In this document: piece after piece, positions 61,801 through 64,000 of the stretch | How the letters are laid out: each line of letters begins with the position of its first letter | Position numbering within the stretch: position 1 is the first letter of the stretch | Assembly: GCA_963663225.1 (NCBI GenBank) | Contig: OY760142.1 | Location: 992,001 to 1,056,000 of the forward strand | From: Nitrospirota bacterium | GTDB taxonomy: Bacteria; Nitrospirota; UBA9217 | Length of the DNA: 64,000 nucleotides | Direction: 5' to 3' | Program-made: the position numbers and the translations under genes | The notes under the pieces: model-generated | What the model was told of the DNA's origin: nothing | Databases searched by the model: none | What the model saw: only the letters and a program-made list of their open reading frames with translations

Positions 61801-62240
61801 GAGCCGTCGGATGGATCAAGGGAAAGCCGAACACGGCTGTTGATGGCGCTTTGGGTAGTGGCTACGGCAGAGGAAACAGATGCGGCGGTAGATGATGAAA
61901 AAGGAATAGATACGTTGACCAAATGCCGGAATATCTCGGTGCCGTCCTGACGGTACTGCATCACCGCGGTCCTGGTCCCCAGCCAAACAACACCGCGGCT
62001 GTTATCTGCTGCTACATCATCAAGAGATTGGGTCTGGATATACACACCCGGCCGGCCGTCTGTGCGCGAAACTCCGATACCCGTGCCTTCTTCTCCCACC
62101 CACAGCAACCGGGGCGGCATGCTTTCGGCTGCGGATGCTTGACCGACATATGAAAAAGGCTGTTGTCCGGAAAAGACCAGTTGTATTATTATAAAAACCA
62201 GTACATGAATTTTTTTTCGGACACAAGAGAACATAGCCAT
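58866..62240 (-). CDS. Large secreted beta-propeller + multiple Ig-like + PKD-like domain protein
   Basis: Signal peptide; propeller blades (SVDVSDGSCW, ADPASHALW, AVDSADNTVW); Ig repeats (DTIAP.IAITSP, DTTSPQISIT, DQEPP); PGLYFPTVTVTD; alpha/beta C-terminal domain ending WKIRAF. Confidence 0.8.
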   Translation of the reverse strand: MAMFSCVRKKIHVLVFIIIQLVFSGQQPFSYVGQASAAESMPPRLLWVGEEGTGIGVSRTDGRPGVYIQTQSLDDVAADNSRGVVWLGTRTAVMQYRQDGTEIFRHLVNVSIPFSSSTAASVSSAVATTQSAINSRVRLSLDPSDGSVWIGSGGELLKLSYGNQEVFRIGGFGGITAVSVDVSDGSCWMAEVHKITKYAPDGTALFSVPAGDSISITALAADPASHALWVGTEEGLGKLDALGQELFRTGEIAGIRDMEVNTATGSLWIVTVNEVHKYSKDNQKLLTVPLCPSSQQNNVSATATVSSGTVNRQTAQSSTCSAEFIAIAVDSADNTVWVATKDTLFKGSDVGDLLLQVPGYINIRALDIGLPKIGITITEPVDGAVFETSPITVRGTITDPTATVEVNGIQATVTNLDFEAAGVALASGNNTITATATNRVRQKATDTVHVTYNTPDSGALLVCPEAYLEQQPHPPVAGCAQQVPLGHVHYERGYILGRVNDTDATVVVDGIPLISGGYIYNRGRILQAGWTDTFFWARMRLSGPDGPYPVTITMTPEQGNQTAATVTFIKDTIAPNIAITSPPDGTITNSPTITVTGTVDDPAAVVQLDSDGANIPVTNGTFSFPYNMRPGEGIQYIGVSATDPALNRNSVIISVIRDTTSPQISITAPGEGTVTNSQTVNIAGTIIDQNPGTATVTVNTGAAQPLTMSGSGFTGTAALTNGINTLLFTATDRAGNSSTLSRTVILDQEPPTATVTGITANAVLTGTATITVTASDVLSGIRSVTLLVDNIVRTTLTQGPYTFSLETFTLASGNHTVTIRITDGAGNVTEQNFPVTVQHQFGIQIVSPPTGTTINKSTALIRGTINYPANQEIGITVNGVQAEQQGSSFAAIISLQQGPNTITATATNIYGIQEQATITINTDSIQERVRFTANPTSGIMTTKTDGTTGFETTINVESHITGTIANYSYDTNGDGIAEQQGATLTQITASYRIPGLYFPTVTVTDTLGNTYTETAIVNVLDRSTMDTLLKAKWEAMKGAVLAGSIEAALNYFIDTSKDRYRTIFNQIGSEGLTAIFSAFTDLITVSVGTIDAQYEAIRQENGSVSAYAVLFVKGRNGLWKIRAF

Positions 62241-62541
62241 AATCAGCGCCTCCTTGCCATCTATTCATTATAATAATATGCATAGAAGATGGCTGATTAT
62301 GGTTTTCTTTTTGCTGTTTGTAAATACCACAAATTGGGTATTTTATCGGAGAAATAAAAAATTGCAGGTTATTGCAGAAAGGCTCAAAGATAAGGATCGG
62401 GGACAATTTATATATATTTATAACTAATTTTTCTCTGTGCTACTTTCGAATAAAAACAGTTATTATCAGAACTTATCTCAGAAGCGGAAACGACCACCCC
62501 GCTCAGAAAGAATCGCGTCCTTAAGCAGACACAAATAGGTT

Positions 62542-63093
62542 CTAATCAATTTTTAAAAATTCTTGTGCAAGGTACTCACCGACATTGGTCGGCGTTATGA
62601 ATTTGTAATGATTTCTTGGCTTACTCGCAGTATACGTTGCCGCAAACAAAATTTCACCAGTTGCTACATCAATCAGCCTTGCCGAGCAGTTGGAAATATA
62701 ATCTCGGTACCCGCCGCTTGACAACCCGGCAAAACCATTTGCTATCGTTGCGCTCCCAACGATCATGGCATCTATTCCTTTTATTTTTCCGATAACCGAC
62801 TGCTGATTTTGCAGAAGACCCGTGAGAGAAAGTCCTTGTTCAGCCAAAATTTTGTCAAGTTGAGCCCTTTCTATTATCGTGAATCTGGACTTGACCAAAT
62901 TTGCGGACAGCGATTCTGCAACTGCCGATCCCATATCGGCAATGCTAGCGTCAAAAGGAACTATAGCAATTCTTTCAACTGATTTTAACCGTTGTGGATT
63001 GTTAACAAATTTCTTGGTTGTAATAGCGGAACACGCAGGTATGCAGACCAGACATATAATCAATATATTTAGCATCCAACTTGATTTTTTCAT
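62542..63093 (-). CDS. CsgG/HfaB-like lipoprotein
   Basis: Lipobox-like IPAC, RIAIVPF, FTIIERAQLDKILAEQ, RLIDVATGEI. Confidence 0.75.
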   Translation of the reverse strand: MKKSSWMLNILIICLVCIPACSAITTKKFVNNPQRLKSVERIAIVPFDASIADMGSAVAESLSANLVKSRFTIIERAQLDKILAEQGLSLTGLLQNQQSVIGKIKGIDAMIVGSATIANGFAGLSSGGYRDYISNCSARLIDVATGEILFAATYTASKPRNHYKFITPTNVGEYLAQEFLKID

Positions 63094-63175
63094 TGGTCTT
63101 CCTTCCTGTTCATCAGTGTTGATTTTGGATTATGAACATGATGGGCTTTTATCATTATCTGTAGTATAGTGCGCG

Positions 63176-63664
63176 TTATTTTGTATTTTCTTTAATTACC
63201 TGCCCCGGACTTACAAACGAAATCCCCTGACCGGACGTCGCGCCGATCATGACACATTCTATAATGGGAGCATTTATTATTTTTTGCGAGGACCACTTCA
63301 CGATAAAATTTGCGCCGACACCGCCCGCGGTATCGCTTTCCGGAATGTAAATGTAGGTTGATTCAAGAGGACCGAGAGTCACCGTTTGCTGATAGTACGT
63401 TCGCACCAGTTTCCCTTTTGTGTCAAAATAATTCGCAGTCAAGACAGTGAGAGAATTTGTCATATCGGTATTTCTTATGCTCAGGATGGCTGCCAGATAA
63501 AACGGGATCTGCTTGGGCGCGGTGAACACATTGGAATAAACCGGAACATAAACCGTCTGTCCCTTTGATAAATTATACTGTTCTGCGGCGACCCCTTCAT
63601 GGCAATAAATAAGGAGGGAAAGAAGCACTCCGTACTGCATCAGTTTGCAAAACAGCTTTCTCAT
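63176..63664 (-). CDS. DUF3124-family exported protein
   Basis: GQTVYVPVYS, LSIRNTD, GGVGANFIVKW, PIIECVM, GISFVSPG. Confidence 0.8.
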   Translation of the reverse strand: MRKLFCKLMQYGVLLSLLIYCHEGVAAEQYNLSKGQTVYVPVYSNVFTAPKQIPFYLAAILSIRNTDMTNSLTVLTANYFDTKGKLVRTYYQQTVTLGPLESTYIYIPESDTAGGVGANFIVKWSSQKIINAPIIECVMIGATSGQGISFVSPGQVIKENTK

Positions 63665-63839
63665 ATCGCTACCTCCTCGTTGTTTACCGCCTGCACCGGC
63701 ATTTGTGTTTTTTTATCCGGCAAACTCCGGCAATTCCGTCCGGAATTATCAATAGTCGTCCGTCGTTGTCGTGATGTAACTATATCACAAAGCGCTGCTT
63801 CTGCAAGAGTCTGGCATGGTTTTTTTTAGAAGGAACGAT

Positions 63840-63970
63840 TTGAGTGGAGTCCCCTCCGGCAGGAGCCGGAGGCCCCCTCGATAGACACGACCTCCCGCGA
63901 CGTACTGCATTCCTCCTCCGACGAGCGTCGGGGGATTCCATGTCGCAGGGATTAATTCCGCAGGATTCAA
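63840..63970. repeat. Structured dispersed repeat, copy B (possible IS200/IS605-type MITE or ncRNA)
   Basis: 83% ungapped identity to 10621-10740; begins TTGA and ends TTCAA; nested hairpins. Confidence 0.9.
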
Positions 63971-64000
63971 CTGCCGGAATCGGGCTGGTCGCCCTTGAGT

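Noticed and set aside
62241-62541. c-di-GMP riboswitch or sigma54 promoter upstream of the large Ig protein
   Set aside because: No GEMM-type motif or GG-N10-GC element could be identified by eye
1-64000. CRISPR array, prophage, integrase or transposase
   Set aside because: No regularly spaced short repeats and no recognisable cas, phage, integrase or transposase ORFs

Overview
Bacterial chromosomal window, probably from an anaerobic Nitrospirota/deltaproteobacteria-like organism (inferred from gene content only). Bases 1-54,900 are mostly housekeeping genes: the lysA-dapF-dapA-dapB-dsbC-dapL-folK cluster, peptide ABC permeases, rsmA, tRNA-Gln and tRNA-Glu, an iscR-iscS-iscU-tusA operon with its operator, ftsY-zapA-6S RNA-rarA-rny-ymdB-xseA, coaD-rsmD, nfeD-slipin, an aldehyde ferredoxin oxidoreductase, gpsA, larB-larC-nadE and rsmI. 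Two accessory clusters are embedded there: a c-di-GMP cluster (HEAT protein, HD-GYP protein, three pseudo-receiver-PilZ paralogs) and a GNAT-like/TraB/GNAT-like triplet. The best candidate for an undescribed system is the minus-strand island at about 54.9-63.7 kb. It encodes a large secreted beta-propeller/Ig protein followed by two tandem [small exported protein + Zn-phospholipase C/P1-nuclease-fold protein] modules, one complete and one truncated. The modules share two near-identical ~230 bp homology arms that bracket a divergent ~600 bp cassette spanning the gene boundary, resembling an inverted polymorphic toxin/immunity locus with an orphan module. Also seen: a ~130 bp structured repeat in two copies 53 kb apart with compensatory base changes, and several apparently leaderless genes. 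All identity values were counted by hand; no database searches were run.
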